Shown: positions 39,216 through 54,200 of the stretch, piece after piece | How positions within the stretch are numbered: the stretch's first letter is position 1 | Layout of the letters: the number at the start of each line of letters is the position of its first letter | Assembly (NCBI GenBank): GCA_023515725.1 | Contig: JALDTO010000146.1 | Span: 186,001 to 250,000, forward strand | Source of the DNA: Amoeboaphelidium protococcarum X5 | Lineage: Eukaryota; Fungi; Aphelidiomycota | DNA length: 64,000 bases | Direction of reading: 5' to 3' | The notes under the pieces: model-generated | Told to the model about the DNA's origin: nothing | What the model saw: only the letters and a program-made list of their open reading frames with translations | Database searches by the model: none | Made by a program: the position numbers and the translations under genes

Positions 39216-41123
39216 TCATTATTATTACTATCGCGTAATCATCTTTGTAATTTCCGAGACACTCAACTGCTGATTTGCTTTCAAGTGTCGCATCGTCTTT
39301 TCAACTACAGCCTAAACTACGCTTGGTGGTGGGTTGGTACTCAATTACTATATCACCACATCTGGGCGGAGGAATAGGTGCTGCAACAACTCGGGAATAG
39401 TGTACCGCTTCTTGGGATCTCTCTGCAGACAGTGCTTCAATACATCCAGCAGGTACGGATTGGCCACTTGTGGATAGTCGATTGGATGTTTTGCATCAAT
39501 GATTCTCTACAGCTTCGGTATCATTGCATAGTCGTGGAAAGGGGTCTTGCCGTAGATCATCTGATACAGAATGCACCCCAGAGACCAGACATCACTGGCT
39601 CTACCTAGTTTCATGCACTACGGCCGTCCCTCCTTATTGGCATTAGTGTCTAATATTGCTTCAGGGGACATGTAATTTACAGTGCCCATTGTATGCTCCC
39701 TATGAATGTTAGTAGTGTCATTCTGAATAGCTTTCGCGATACCAAAATCAATCAACTTTAGAGCACCTTTAACAAAAAGGAAATTCGCAGGCTTAAGATC
39801 AGAATGAACAATACGCTCCTCATGTATAGCATCTACAGCCTGTAGCATTTACTCCCAATACACTCTGACAAAGTTCATTGATAGCCGTTCTCCAGTCTGG
39901 GCGTGCTTCTGCAACACATGAGCCAAATCAATTTCACCGCACTCCATCACCATGTGCAAGAATCCCTCCTCTTTATTAATCTCCTGATCAACCAGGTGAA
40001 TTATACGTTCACAACTATCCAACTTCTTTAATAGAGCAATCTCATTCAAATATCCTGATATAGTCTGAGCATCCACACCCTTCAATTAGACTCTCTTCAA
40101 GGCATAAATCTATCCATCAGGAGATAAGACTTTAAACACCTTGGATGATCCTCCCTTGCCAATGAGATCCAATTTGGCATAAACCTGTCCATTCACCATC
40201 AGTGCAGTCTTTCTAGACAATCCGGCCGGTGTAGAAGGTGGTGGTGCATGAGACGCTTATTATTTTGAAGTGGCAGCCGGAGTTGGCATACTTTGAGAAG
40301 ACAACGACATTTACTATTACTTTTACTGACTGGACGCTTGAATAGATGTACGTTTGACCAGTGGCGTGGCAGTTACGATACTCAACTACTCCGTTATGGT
40401 CATAGCATCATCATTCTTAAAATCATCAGAACTATCACTATCCTGAGCAGAGATCTACTACTACTATCTCTCGCTGTTATAATCTTACTACAATTACTGC
40501 TAAGGAGGAGACCTTGAGTACTTCTTGCCAGTTAATTCAACTGGTTCTTCAACGCCATTAATGATTCTCATAGGTGGACCCATAAGACCAAGACGTTTGG
40601 GCTTGTTAGAAATGGATGCACGTGAGGAGCCACCACTAGGCTCAGCATTCTCCTTATTCACACCAGCTGCATTGACAGTCACCTGAGATATTGAGGCATC
40701 GGCAAACTTACCAACCAACTTTTCAATTTCATCTTTATTAACAATCGACTTTTTAGACATATCAAGCACCCGTTTCAGTTCATCCATATCACCAAATGAT
40801 TTCAGATATGAACACCAATGCTCATAGAACCGCGGAATTCTTGAACCAACCTCCAGAGACTTCATCTTCTCATACAAGTGTCCAACAGCTTCACCTTCTT
40901 CCTTTTTAAAATCAATAAAATCAAGCCAGATTGAAAGCAGGTATATATCGTTGGAATGCTTCTAGAAATCCAACTCCTGTATGGACTTTGTATACTCTTT
41001 TATCAGCAACTGTCTGTCATTAACACGCTGTTTCAACTGTGAAAGCCTCTTATAATGCCATTATGGTGAGCCTTAAGGATTACTTGCAGCATTACTACCA
41101 CTACTACTACTTACAGAATACAT
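39216..41123 (-). CDS. MPS1: Mps1/TTK dual-specificity checkpoint kinase
   Basis: [58 protein letters not shown] and GTVNYMSPE. Confidence 0.93.
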
Positions 41124-41737
41124 GACTATAAACGCTACTATTCAGTAACTCAGGAAGGTGTAAAATGAGAGAAACGTCCAGACAGAAACTATAGAGATAG
41201 AGAGAGTGACAGGGGGAAAGAAAAGGAAGAGTGAAACGCGAAAATTGACTGAAAACGATGTTGCTGAAACAAAGAAGTTGCCCCAATGTATTGATTATAT
41301 GATTTAAACTCTAATCTCTCTCGCTTAAGGACTAATTGTGAGATATAATTTTGAAACTGCATTGTTTGAAACGTCCGACGATTGATAGCGATGATAATTG
41401 ATATGACTTAAGGGAAGGCGCTATCGATTTGACACCGGAGATATTGTGAGCCCTCATTGAAGTTTCAACGCACCGAAACTCAAAAGATTAAGCTTCAAAT
41501 CATTCGACATTTAAAAAAATAATTACATATTAACATTTATTATTACCATTTCTATTACACTTGCTATGTAATCAATGCTTCATCACAAAATAATTTCAAC
41601 ACAAGGTTAATAAGTACTCCATCAGAATATCATAAGAATAGACGCCCGTCAATACTTGTTAGACCTCTCTGGCGACGCGTATTACTCGTGACAGTGACGA
41701 AATTGTCTTCGTTTGAAACAGTTCCGCGTCAAGGTGC

Positions 41738-42382
41738 TCAGCCTATTTTTTCACCCCAATCTCTTGTGGACGCACGAGCAGCTTATGGAGGTGCCTAAGA
41801 TTAAGGCTAGCCATTATTGATTAAATTATCAACATAAACATCGAACGATCCCTTTCTATCATAGGTAAAGCCATTTGGATAAGGAACGTTCACGTTACTC
41901 TCAGACGTAGGAGGACGCGTTTTTTGGTCTTGAGATACAATTTCCCTAACAATGTCGCGAAGTGTTGAAGGATCGACAACTTGATACATTTCCTAAACTT
42001 CTTGTGGAATTTACAACCCAGTTTATTAGCCCAGTAGTTAAACTTTAGTGATTCTGCGCAGACTTGTTAAATTACCTGTTGCAGCTTACACGGCCATCAT
42101 GTTGAACGCGTCCATATCAATACTCTCTGGATACATGTTACCCTTCATCAAACGAAAATCCAATACACGCATAGGATTGCTCTTTTCCACAGTCTCAATT
42201 TAGTAGTCAAACCAGTCAGGCATATCTTTAAAGGTGCGATATACTGCACGGGCCATTTAATCTGTATAGCCGTCTTTGTGAATGGGAACATTAGGTACGG
42301 GCACCAGAGCTGTGAAAGATTGACAGCACACGGAGACCAGCAGAAGAGCCTGAACAAAAAATGCAAATTTTAGATTATTCAT
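41738..42382 (-). CDS. Small secreted hypothetical protein, about 214 aa
   Basis: Leader MNNLKFAFFVQALLLVSVCCQS. Joins track ORFs 42257 and 41807. TGA at 41738. Confidence 0.65.
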
Positions 42383-42677
42383 TCTATACATAGCAAGTAA
42401 TAACACAATAAAAAATACTTTTAATAAGGAGAAAATAATACGATGACTAAATAGATCATTGTGCGATTGACTATTAGAGTGAAGTATATTAGTAGTGCAA
42501 TCCCGACATGCCTGCTGATTGGACAAAGATAGAGTACTTGTATCACAATCTCGGCAGTCTTACTGAGACTAATGCATCATGTGGAATCTATCAATTGTAA
42601 GCAGAATCCAATTGCTAAGCCAAGAAAAAGACACCAAGGCATAAAGCTCAATCAAGTAGACTTTATATTCGTAATTT

Positions 42678-43892
42678 TCAATATAATCGGTCATGCAACT
42701 GTTTAGGACCATACTGTTCGTAATCAGCCCTTGTCAGATAGTTTTTGTTATCATTAAACACCAACTTGCTAATCACGCCTGCACCAATATACGGCGAAAT
42801 GTACAGACTCTACTGAGTATTGCTCACCTCTTCACCCAAGTATGACGGAAACTGACCAAACTTTACATATCGCGGCTACAATTCATTCAAAAACTCGGAA
42901 TTACACAAAAACTTCTTCATCTCCATCTCCAATCTCAGGCGGAAACTCTCTCTAAACTTCCTTCCTGATGGTAGGTGTCCATCAATGATGATATTATCCA
43001 AAAGTTGGACGCGCTTTTCCAAGTCACAAGAGTACACGGCATCATAGATCAGTTTGGTCAATCCACCTTGACCATTGACGCCTTTGAATAGTGACTCTCC
43101 AATTCTAAGATGAGCATCATTCAGCGTATACTCTACATCTTTATAAGTGAACTTGATTTACTGCTTCTTACTAGCGGGACTATCTTGCTTCTCTTATTAC
43201 TACGACTAAGCAATAACACCAGTAGGATGAACTTGACAAATGTTATCATAAATAAAAGAGACCAGTTCAGAATCAAGAGCATTGCCTTTAAATAATTTAT
43301 CAGACTACAGCGCTTTGACAAGTATGGATCTCAAGTTATCGCAGCTTAGAGAATTCATCTACTTAGAATAAGTGATTGAAGTGTCTGTAATACAATCCAA
43401 CTAACAAGCAGACATACCAAAGTACATCAATACTCCCGACAAATGCTGACCATATCCATAAAGGCTGAGCAGCGGGGTGGACTAAACATAGAACTCATCC
43501 AATTGAAAAGTCTCATAAAATAGCTTTATAATCTTGATCATCGTGGGCTGATGCCTTTACCATTGAGAAGGGACGGACAATAGCAGCGGTTGTCCCTTAT
43601 TATCACTATTATTATCATCGTTATTCTCACCGCCATACTAAATCATCTTGAGAACAGCTGAATAAATCATTGCCAATACATCAATGTCTACCAAGTGACC
43701 ATCTTCATCTACTGGAGATTTGAAACTAGCTGGGACATTGCTTTAATTGTACTGTGGAATGCTTACGCTCTACTCATGTTCATCAACTACAATGCCCAAT
43801 TTGAGGTGCACCGCTGGAGTACTGAACGGATCAGCATATCCAGCCATGACATAGTCGCTTCCTGTAACTATTACCACAGACTCTTGAACCAT
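42678..43892 (-). CDS. Divergent nuclear actin-related protein, Arp9-like
   Basis: Actin-like start VVIVTGSDYVMAG, LEKRVQLLDNIIIDG, and C-terminal PRYVKFGQFPSYL..YIGAGVISKLVFND..LTRADYEQYGP. Confidence 0.7.
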
Positions 43893-44157
43893 ATTTATCT
43901 ATTAGCAATAGGAACTACTGAGGCAGTCTATATTATTAGCGGTAAAACTATAGTGCAATAGAATTGAAGAAAGACGAAGAGAAAGAGCAAGAACGCGCGA
44001 TGGAGAATGGGAAAACGACACGAGGAAGTGAACTGCAGTACAATATGCGCGATAAAACGTATTGGGGGGATTTTCCACTGAGAGAATTAAAAAACAGATC
44101 AGGCGAGTTATTAGCTGTGCTTGGACGCGTTATTTTTAGTTTAGAGTATAAGCGTTA

Positions 44158-45462
44158 ATGCCGTAGTTTGAAGATTATAATGATGTGGTGGGTCGCTTAG
44201 AGAAGATGATTGAATTTGAGAAGGATTACAGCTTTATATACGCGAATAATCTGAACTTTTCGCTGCTTGAACAGTATCAATCGAAATGTCTGCTTTAAGA
44301 ATGGATTTAGACTGTGCCTATCGATAACGTGTTGCGGTTACTTGCAGAAGGTGATAACGCGCTTGGTGGTATTACAGACGAGTCCTTCACCAAATTCTTT
44401 TCTAGCTATTAAAGTCTTAAATTGGATAGAGAGTAGTAGTTAATGCATACACCTCCACAGGAAATTAATGATAAATTAAGATTTGGAATGAAGCCGAAAA
44501 AGGTGCACGAAGTTTAGATTTACAGCGCCTTGATAAGCTAATTACATTAGGATCTAATGCAACAGGATAATTGCAACTGTACATTAGTGGACTGCGGCGC
44601 TGGATAGGGATACTTGGCTGGGGTGTTATCTTGTTAATATGGACACAGAGTAATAGCACTGGATAACAGTTAGGTGTAAATTGATGGTGTTATACGTCGA
44701 TTGACACAATTGGAGAAGATGTCGCGTAAAGATTCGAATATCACCTTCAAATCTCTCACATTTATTCAGACTGAAATTGATGAATCCACAGATTTTGACC
44801 GTACTGTTACGGCGTAATATAAGATTCTATACGGACTACATGCTTGTGGAGATTTAACAAGTACTATGATTAGCAAGTTTGTTGATACATAATCAATTAA
44901 AGGTTTAGCTGTAGCTGGTTGTTGTTACCAGTGGATCAAGCAGTATCCTATGAGTCAGGTCGCACGCAATTAGAGCCATGAGATATCATTCGCTGGACTT
45001 AAAGCGGCCACCTTCCCGGCTGATCTGGATGCAGAATCGTGTCATGACTCTGTGGAGCGTCTTGTATGGCGGGCAATGCTCTAAGTTTACCTGCACGATC
45101 ACTGCGGACATGATAATTTTTAAATCCTCAAGTATCAAGTGGGCAAGATTCGATAGTAAAACTTGGATTTCCCAGCATATTGCCACTTGGCACTGAAGAG
45201 GATTCTTCCGGATCACATTCCCAACACTAAAGTTATACAATCCATATATGATCAGTAGTATAGGCGGGGATATGATAAGATTTACAAGCTTCATGCGTTC
45301 AGGATACTTATTGGTCGCATTAACGAAGAGATTGTAGCGCTGGATCGCGTCGCTTATTTGCATGAATAGAGTCAAAGTGCTGGTATCCGGAATATCCGCT
45401 TGATTCCCTTATTTGAGATGAAGCACTCTCCTCGAAATATGGTTATTTTGGCTAATAGATGA
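44158..45462 (+). CDS. METTL25/RRNAD1-like methyltransferase
   Basis: GMKPKKVHEV, VDCGAGQGYL, GLHACGDL, GCCY and HSPRN. Confidence 0.85.
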
Positions 45463-45814
45463 TAGATCATTATTATTTAAGATTGCGCTTAAATCATATA
45501 ATTTATTCCCATTTTATCTTGTATACTTGATAATCAATTTCAGTGACAAATAAATAAGCCTGGGATCTTGTAACAAAAGACATTACGCGTTTAACATTAA
45601 TTCTTGTTGAATATATTGCAATTACATTTCAATTTTTGCGGGAATAGTGCACAATGAGCTATGATTGTACCTTTACAATAGTGATCGAAGACGACTTAAA
45701 TTTTGACTGAAACAACAACGATCCAGCAGAGAGAGACGAAGAGCGCGCGATTCTTTTAACAGGCGACTAACGCCTTGCTGACTCTCAAATTATTGATACG
45801 GGCACTTTTTGATA

Positions 45815-47050
45815 ATGTATAAAATTCAACGCATTGATATAAAGCATCTATTGAAGATTTATGCTGTAGTATACACTGTTGATAATTCGGATTTGATACT
45901 GGACTCTGTTAGGCAGATTCTGAATGTGGCTCGCATTGGAGGGGATGGTTCTTAGCAGTAGAAGCAGTTGAAAATGAAGGTTTTAAGTTTGAAACGACAT
46001 TAGACGCCATATATTATCACACTGTACTACCTGTTATTTACCTGTGTATCTTCTCATGGCCGGAGTAATATATCGCTAGCTTCATTCATGTCTGGGGCAG
46101 TTTTGGCGGGGCTTCCACGACGACTACTGACTGATATGGCACTCACTATGATTGTGCGCGCTATGGATACTTAATTTCAAAATGGGGTTAGTAGTGTGGT
46201 ATCTTCCTCTTTATTCATTTTTTCAGTTACTGAGATTATGTTCTCTTGGTTCTATTATCCTGAGAGTCTGCCTCCATCGTATCGATCCTTCATCTCCAAA
46301 TTTGCAGAGATCGACTTTGATCTACTCAAACTGCTCCGAGCGTTTAAAGAAGGTCAAGTCTGGTACGGACATGATAAGCTGCCGTTTTATCTTAAAGACT
46401 TTTATCAGCGAACTGGAGTTACACCCGCGAAAGATAATTGTAAATTCTTTGAGTGTAATCATATTGTTCATCCTGGAATCGGTTGCGGTTAAAATGCAGT
46501 TTTGCGATTGTGTAAAGGTGCTGTTAGAGCATTTAGTATGTATGGACCTTTATATTTGATGCCTTTAATTATTTCAACAGTTTTAATGGGAAAGAAGTTA
46601 ACCATGCGCCGCTTACTGCAAACATTGATATCAGCTGCAAGATCCTCATTTTTCATTGGTACGTTTATTGCTCTTATTTGGGGTGGGATATGTTCCGTCA
46701 GAAACTATGTGCGCAATGAGACTGTACTTGGTCCTCTTATAGCTTCTTTCCTCAGCGGATTCTCTATATTTATTGAACACGCTCATCGACGCCATGAGTT
46801 GGCATTGTACTGTCTGCCTCGAGCTCTATACTCTTTTGGCTACAGATTAACGCAAGGATTAGACTCTGGTCGTAAGAAACAACCAGAAATAACAAAGACT
46901 GGTAAATCGTTGAGATAATTTGTGTCCACGCTAACTTATGCTATTATATTCTCGTCCGCTAGTAGCATCATAGTTACGCGAACGTTGACTCAGCCCAAGA
47001 GTGTTAGACCACTCACTGCTAAATTGGTCAAGTTATTATTGAATGTCTGA
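45815..47050 (+). CDS. TMEM135-like membrane protein
   Basis: IMFSWFYYPESLPPSYRSFI, CNHIVHPGIGC, SAARSSFF and IFIEHAHRRHELALYCLPRA. Confidence 0.8.
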
Positions 47051-47410
47051 TTTTGGAATATATTTTGAAACGTCTAAGTTAATGATCTACATCGTGCGTT
47101 CCCAAAGTGTGATATTTCTCTTCTAGCGCGTTCTCTTGTTATTATTTTTTGCTTGCGTACCATAGCAATCTATACATAGAATTGGAACATTTAATTTGCA
47201 TCACCTTATAGAATATTTAGTACCTTAAATTCTAAAAGCAATTGACGAGATTATCTCAAAAGAGTAACCGTCCGGTAGTTGTCCATTTCAAACTGGACCT
47301 GAAATGGTTAGAAACGGAATGAAACGATTGTTGTTTGCCACATTATGAACCACCGTAAACATGAGTAATTAATTATTCTTATCCCTCTGAATTTAAATTG
47401 ATATTCCAAA

Positions 47411-49165
<1,755 letters not shown>

Positions 49166-49328
49166 AAGGTATTTTGATGATCACTTTGAGTATAAATAGA
49201 GTATGTTGAAAACTTGCTAGAAGAGCAGAATATTGCTTGATCGATCAGACGGACGGCCTCTCAGTATAAAATTTTCATCGTTCGTTTTCTCTCTATCAAA
49301 TTAATAAAAAATTGCAAAAATCACAACA

Positions 49329-50225
49329 ATGGCTGATTTTAATATCAAGTCTGCAAGCATAATCACGGACTTATCATTATAAAATTACGCGTATTATGCC
49401 GTTAGTACAGAAGTCCAGGCCAAAGATTTACATAAGCTTGTAAGTCTTTGTCAATTATTATGGCCAATGATAGATTATCAATGATGCTTTCTAAAATATT
49501 TCATGCTAATTCAGAATGAATTTGATGAAAACTATATTTACTGAGATAATCTAGGTTCTTGTCTTTTTATTTACTCGATACTATCTCAACCCTTATTTGT
49601 AATGTAGACTCCAGCTTAATTCAAGATTACAGAACCAGATATGCGACATATACTCGTACGATAAGATCCCGCTGATCAACCAGTAGTCATGAGCAGATTG
49701 ACAGTGATAATGAATGACGCGTCCGATGTTCATACTATGAATAAGATGAAAGATCAGATTAGTTCCTTGGGTTATTTTATAGTCGCTGCTAAACCACTAA
49801 ATGAACCTGCCTTTACTGCTGCAGTTAAAGATCTTGCCAGCGTTGATTTGATCACTCTAGATTCTGCTCTGGGTGGCGCAAAATTTTCCACTTTCAACCT
49901 GGCTTAGTAGAGAGGCCTGTTTATTGAGATCTGCTATGACCGCCTGGTTGACGTGAATTCTAGTATATAATAAAAGCAATATTTGGTCAACACGATCAAG
50001 TTTGCTTATAGAACAAGTAGACGGCGAGGATTAGTTATCTCTAGTGGTGCTGGGCGGTCCGAAAATCTACTATAGCCTGAGAAAGTTGCCAAATTGCTTG
50101 AGGAGTACGCTGATCTACCTGTTAGAATGAGCACTAAATATTTGCGGGATAATCCTCGTTAGGTGTTGCTGCATGCATACACGAGAAATTTTACCTACAA
50201 GGCTACCGTTGCTCTAATTGATTGA
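49329..50225 (+). CDS. RPP1: RNase P/MRP subunit p30 (Rpp1/RPP30); intron 49440-49607
   Basis: MSRLTVIM, IVAAKP, VDLITLD, RGLFIEICY and GLVISSGA. A GT-AG 168-nt phase-0 intron keeps the frame. Confidence 0.75.
49471..49553 (+). ncRNA. Intronic box C/D snoRNA (snR53/mgU6-53-like guide)
   Basis: 9-bp terminal stem tagattatc/gataatcta. C box AATGATG 49480-86, guide TATTTCATGCTAAT 49497-49510, D' CAGA 49512-15, C' TTGATGA 49522-28, D CTGA 49541-44. Confidence 0.85.
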
Positions 50226-50399
50226 ATAGTATTAGAAATTGCGTGTTTTATTGTATATGATGGTGATCCCAAGCTTGTATTAGTTATTACTTTCACACTT
50301 ATACATTCAATGATCACTAATTTCAAAATTAAAAGCATAAAAACTTCAGTAAAAAGACACAGTGTATATAAAAAGTATCAACTGAGAGCGGTCATCAGA

Positions 50400-50996
50400 T
50401 CATACCATCCTGTCGCGCTCCTGCAGTTCTCGGTCCATTTCTAGTAGCCTGTCAGCTTTCGACTTTACACCTTGAGGAGGCTTCACACCATACCATGACG
50501 CGTAAAATCCATTCTCACTGGAACCATGAGTTTCGTAAATGTTCATATACTTAAGCATCTATTTTACATTATCGCTGTGCAGCTCAAGGTTCAGTCTTGA
50601 CGGCAACTCTTTATTCAGATTGTTCATTGCAAAAATCTCATGAATATCAGTAATTGATAGCAGATTGCTGTTCTTTAAATCTTAAGCTTCAGTCTCGCGT
50701 TACTTCCTGTTCTAAATTGTATACAATAACGGACTTTTATCATTATTATTCGACGCATGGGAACCAGATACACCTGAGGTGGATGAAGATGACTCTTTAG
50801 ATGATATTTGATACCGAATGGCGTCGTAATTCTTCAGAACGCTTTCATACTCCCTTCTGATAGACGCCGCCTCCTGTTCAAGCTATTACTCTATAGCAGT
50901 CGATGTTGTGGCCACTTTGCCGTTAGCGGGAGTTCGCGGCACTTTCTTGGCCGCCTATCCAGCCATTGCTTTCGTCTTGCTCGTCACCTGTCCCAT
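50400..50996 (-). CDS. Hypothetical N-myristoylation-motif protein (198 aa), possibly NDUFAF4-like
   Basis: MGQVTSK start and open frame to TGA 50400. The C-terminal LSITDIHEIF..VKQMLKY segment is reminiscent of NDUFAF4 (weak). Confidence 0.55.
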
Positions 50997-51202
50997 TACG
51001 ATTGTTCGATTGAGCGATAGTCGCGGTGAAATGAAAATGTGCGAAGTTGTTTCACTTTTTGCGATTTCGCTCATCTATCTATTCCCCCTCTTTCCCTGTG
51101 AATTGTCTTGAACGCGTCTTTGTTACATTGTACGCGATCATATCTGGTAGGGAGACATACATACATAAACTGCTATAAGTATAAAATCAATAGTCTTCAG
51201 TA

Positions 51203-54200
51203 ATGGATCGTCTGGCGTAAGAACTTGTTTAGTGTAAGAGGTTGAATTAGAGAATAAAGATTGCCCAAGAAATTGTTCATATTCTAAAATAGGGTCCGTT
51301 GTATGCAGACAGTGTGAATAATGTGCTTTTGAAGATGATGAAAGTGATTGAAGAAGAGTTCCCCAGGCAAGTTGGCAATGATAGTAAACGAGAAAAGTTG
51401 TCTGAACTTGTGCTTCAACTAAGATACATGGTTGTTATAATCTGTGATAGTGAGTAGCCAGATGACAGTCTGTCTCAACGCCTCATCCTTGAGTAGAGTG
51501 CCGTCTAATTGGTTCGTCACGTCCAAAATCACTGTTTCGCGTCCGCTGATTCTCTTCTGGATTACCTCAGACTCACCTCTTCTCTCATGATCAAATACTC
51601 CTACATTACAGATGTCTCCGCACTATTAGTCTCTCTCTTTGATGGTTTAACTGGACGCGATTTGATGTCGTACTCGGCCATAGTTGAGACATTTAAGATT
51701 CTGAATATTGCCATTAAGTATAGGTGTCCCGAAGATCTTTATCTCTAGGCATTCACGTTTCTGCTTGAGTATGATAACTTCAAGTTGAAACTCTAGTTTA
51801 TTGGACTTTTAGCAGAATTATTCAAATAGTTGACTTTGACTAATCGACTGAGTACTCCCCTCATGGTAAAATATATCGGCCTTTTGGAAGAATATTGGAG
51901 ATATCACGTTGATAGAAGACTGCTTTTTGATCAACGCTTTTTTCACGTTCAACTTAAATTGGTTCTGGACTATGCTGAGCACGTTAAAGCTGAACTTCCT
52001 CTGTGCGGTCTTTTAGAATGCTATTATCAAGCATTAGCGGGTTTTAACACTTTATTATAGTCTTCAATCGAGTGTTTATCATCTGCCTTAATGTAAAAGT
52101 AATGTTTGAATTGCTTCTGTGCCACTGACTAGAATGTTCTTTTGTGTCGAGTTGCATTTTCTCTGATGAAAGCATGTTCTCTTGGTAATGTATATAGCAG
52201 CCATGGCATCAAGCGGTTCAAGTATTAATCGACAGTGGATATTCTTCGAGATTTAAAGGTGTCCAATGCCTTGTGTTACTTGCTTCTTACTGCTGTAAAT
52301 ACAGAGGATCTCTTGAAATCTAATACTGACTTTGATGTTGCCTCTTTTACTGACTATGTTTTAAGTATTACGGAGGTGTCATCAGAAATGACATGCGCGC
52401 GATTGATTTGTCTCTATAAGATCTCGAAGAATATCGAAAGTTCGGTAAAAGCTGTCAAGTATGCTTGGAGTCTTGTTGGATCTGCGAACTAACTTGTAAG
52501 TGAACTGGCTTGTCTTGTGCTCAATGCTCTTGATTATCAATGTTCTATCCGATAGTTCATTCCAATGCTGAATTAGATTTCTTCTCCTACCGGTCAACTT
52601 GTTCTTTCAGAATTTATATTAAAGCAGAATTAGTTGGCATTTGATTATCTCGCAGTACAGGATCTAGTCGACGCCCTCTTGAAGTCGTCTTTGAATGGTT
52701 GGGTGAGCTTGTCCAGTTGGTTACAATTTATCGTAGATTCGAACCTTGAGAGATGTTTAGAGTGTCATTAGCGGAATGAAGAGTGTCATCATCTGATATC
52801 AGTTTGGAGTATCAAAATTAACCATCTTGCCTTACAGATAGCAGATAGCAATGATTCAAAGTAAGTTTTGATTGTCATGTCTAATTGGATGCCGCATTCC
52901 ACGATATACTCCCATTTTGAAGCTGCTGCAATTGGTTTAACTGAGGAAGATTGCCCGTTGGCTATCCAGAATATTTTACTTCTTGCAACTTTGAATGAAT
53001 AATATCATCTTGGCAAGTAAAGCAAAATCAACGGAATCTTATCTCGATTGTAAGGTACTCTTTTATCTGGAATGAATAAGGATAATCTGTATCCCATTGT
53101 TAGCTGTTTTTACAAGTATGTTTCTGGTGACATGCTCTCGTGCTATCCGGCCATTTTGAGAATTTTATAGACTCTCTCTGTACAAGTTCTGCAATGTAAT
53201 AGTATTGGCAATGCCAATCTGTAACATTCAATGTGCGTGCAAATTGCTTTGAGGAATCCTATTCAATGCAGAGATCTTTTGATAGCTTACCTCTTTCCAG
53301 AGTATTAAAGCCAGATTTAGGCCGCATGTCTGGTGTTAAAGCGTATCGATCAAATACACCTGGAGTAAAGTGATTACAAAGATTTGCTTGAATATTGTTA
53401 AGAGCTCCTGCTTAACGAATCAATGCATGCTCTACTATACGTATCATCTGTTCTTAGTCTATCTGACACCATTCTTAAGTTTCGTAGTGATGCTTAGCAG
53501 GGTTTGTCTCAGTTGGCTAGATAGCTGGATATATCACTATGTAGTCGAAGGATTTAGTCAACGAATGTCAGCAGTATTTTAAATTGGTATCTGTAATAAG
53601 ATCAAAACAAAAGCGTGGTTGGAACAATCATTAGCTCCGTGGCTGTCAAGCGGATACTTGCGTTAAATTGTTTTGGAAACGAAATATGTCTTGCGTTGGT
53701 TAATATTAATATCCCTTTTCTGAGTATTTTGAAACTTGTGAAGTAGCTCAACTTGGAACTGTCTAAGAAGATGTCATTATATCTTTAGTACTTGTCAGTG
53801 AAGAAAAATATCCCTCAAGACTTAGTCCCCTTCATCGAATATCTCAAGAAGGCTGACTATGATTCAGGGACTATCAAACATTTCATCTTGACGGTTATTA
53901 CTGATCTGAGATTGCTATTGAATGGTTTCGATTATAATTACGTCTAAGCATTAGTGTATCCTCTGTGTAGTGATAGTTACATTAGTCGCACCGACTCTTT
54001 GGAGCAAGATAATTATCCATCATATTGTGTTGTTAGTGCTGAAAATTTCTGGATGCTTGCCGAATTGCTAGACTCTATTGACTCTGCATAGTTATAAAGT
54101 ATCTTTTCTTCTTCTCTTAGTGAAAATCTGGTGTAGTTGTAGCTCTTTGCTTATGGCGTAGCGTCGTACTTTTGCCAAGAGAAGAGAAAAGATTCAGACA

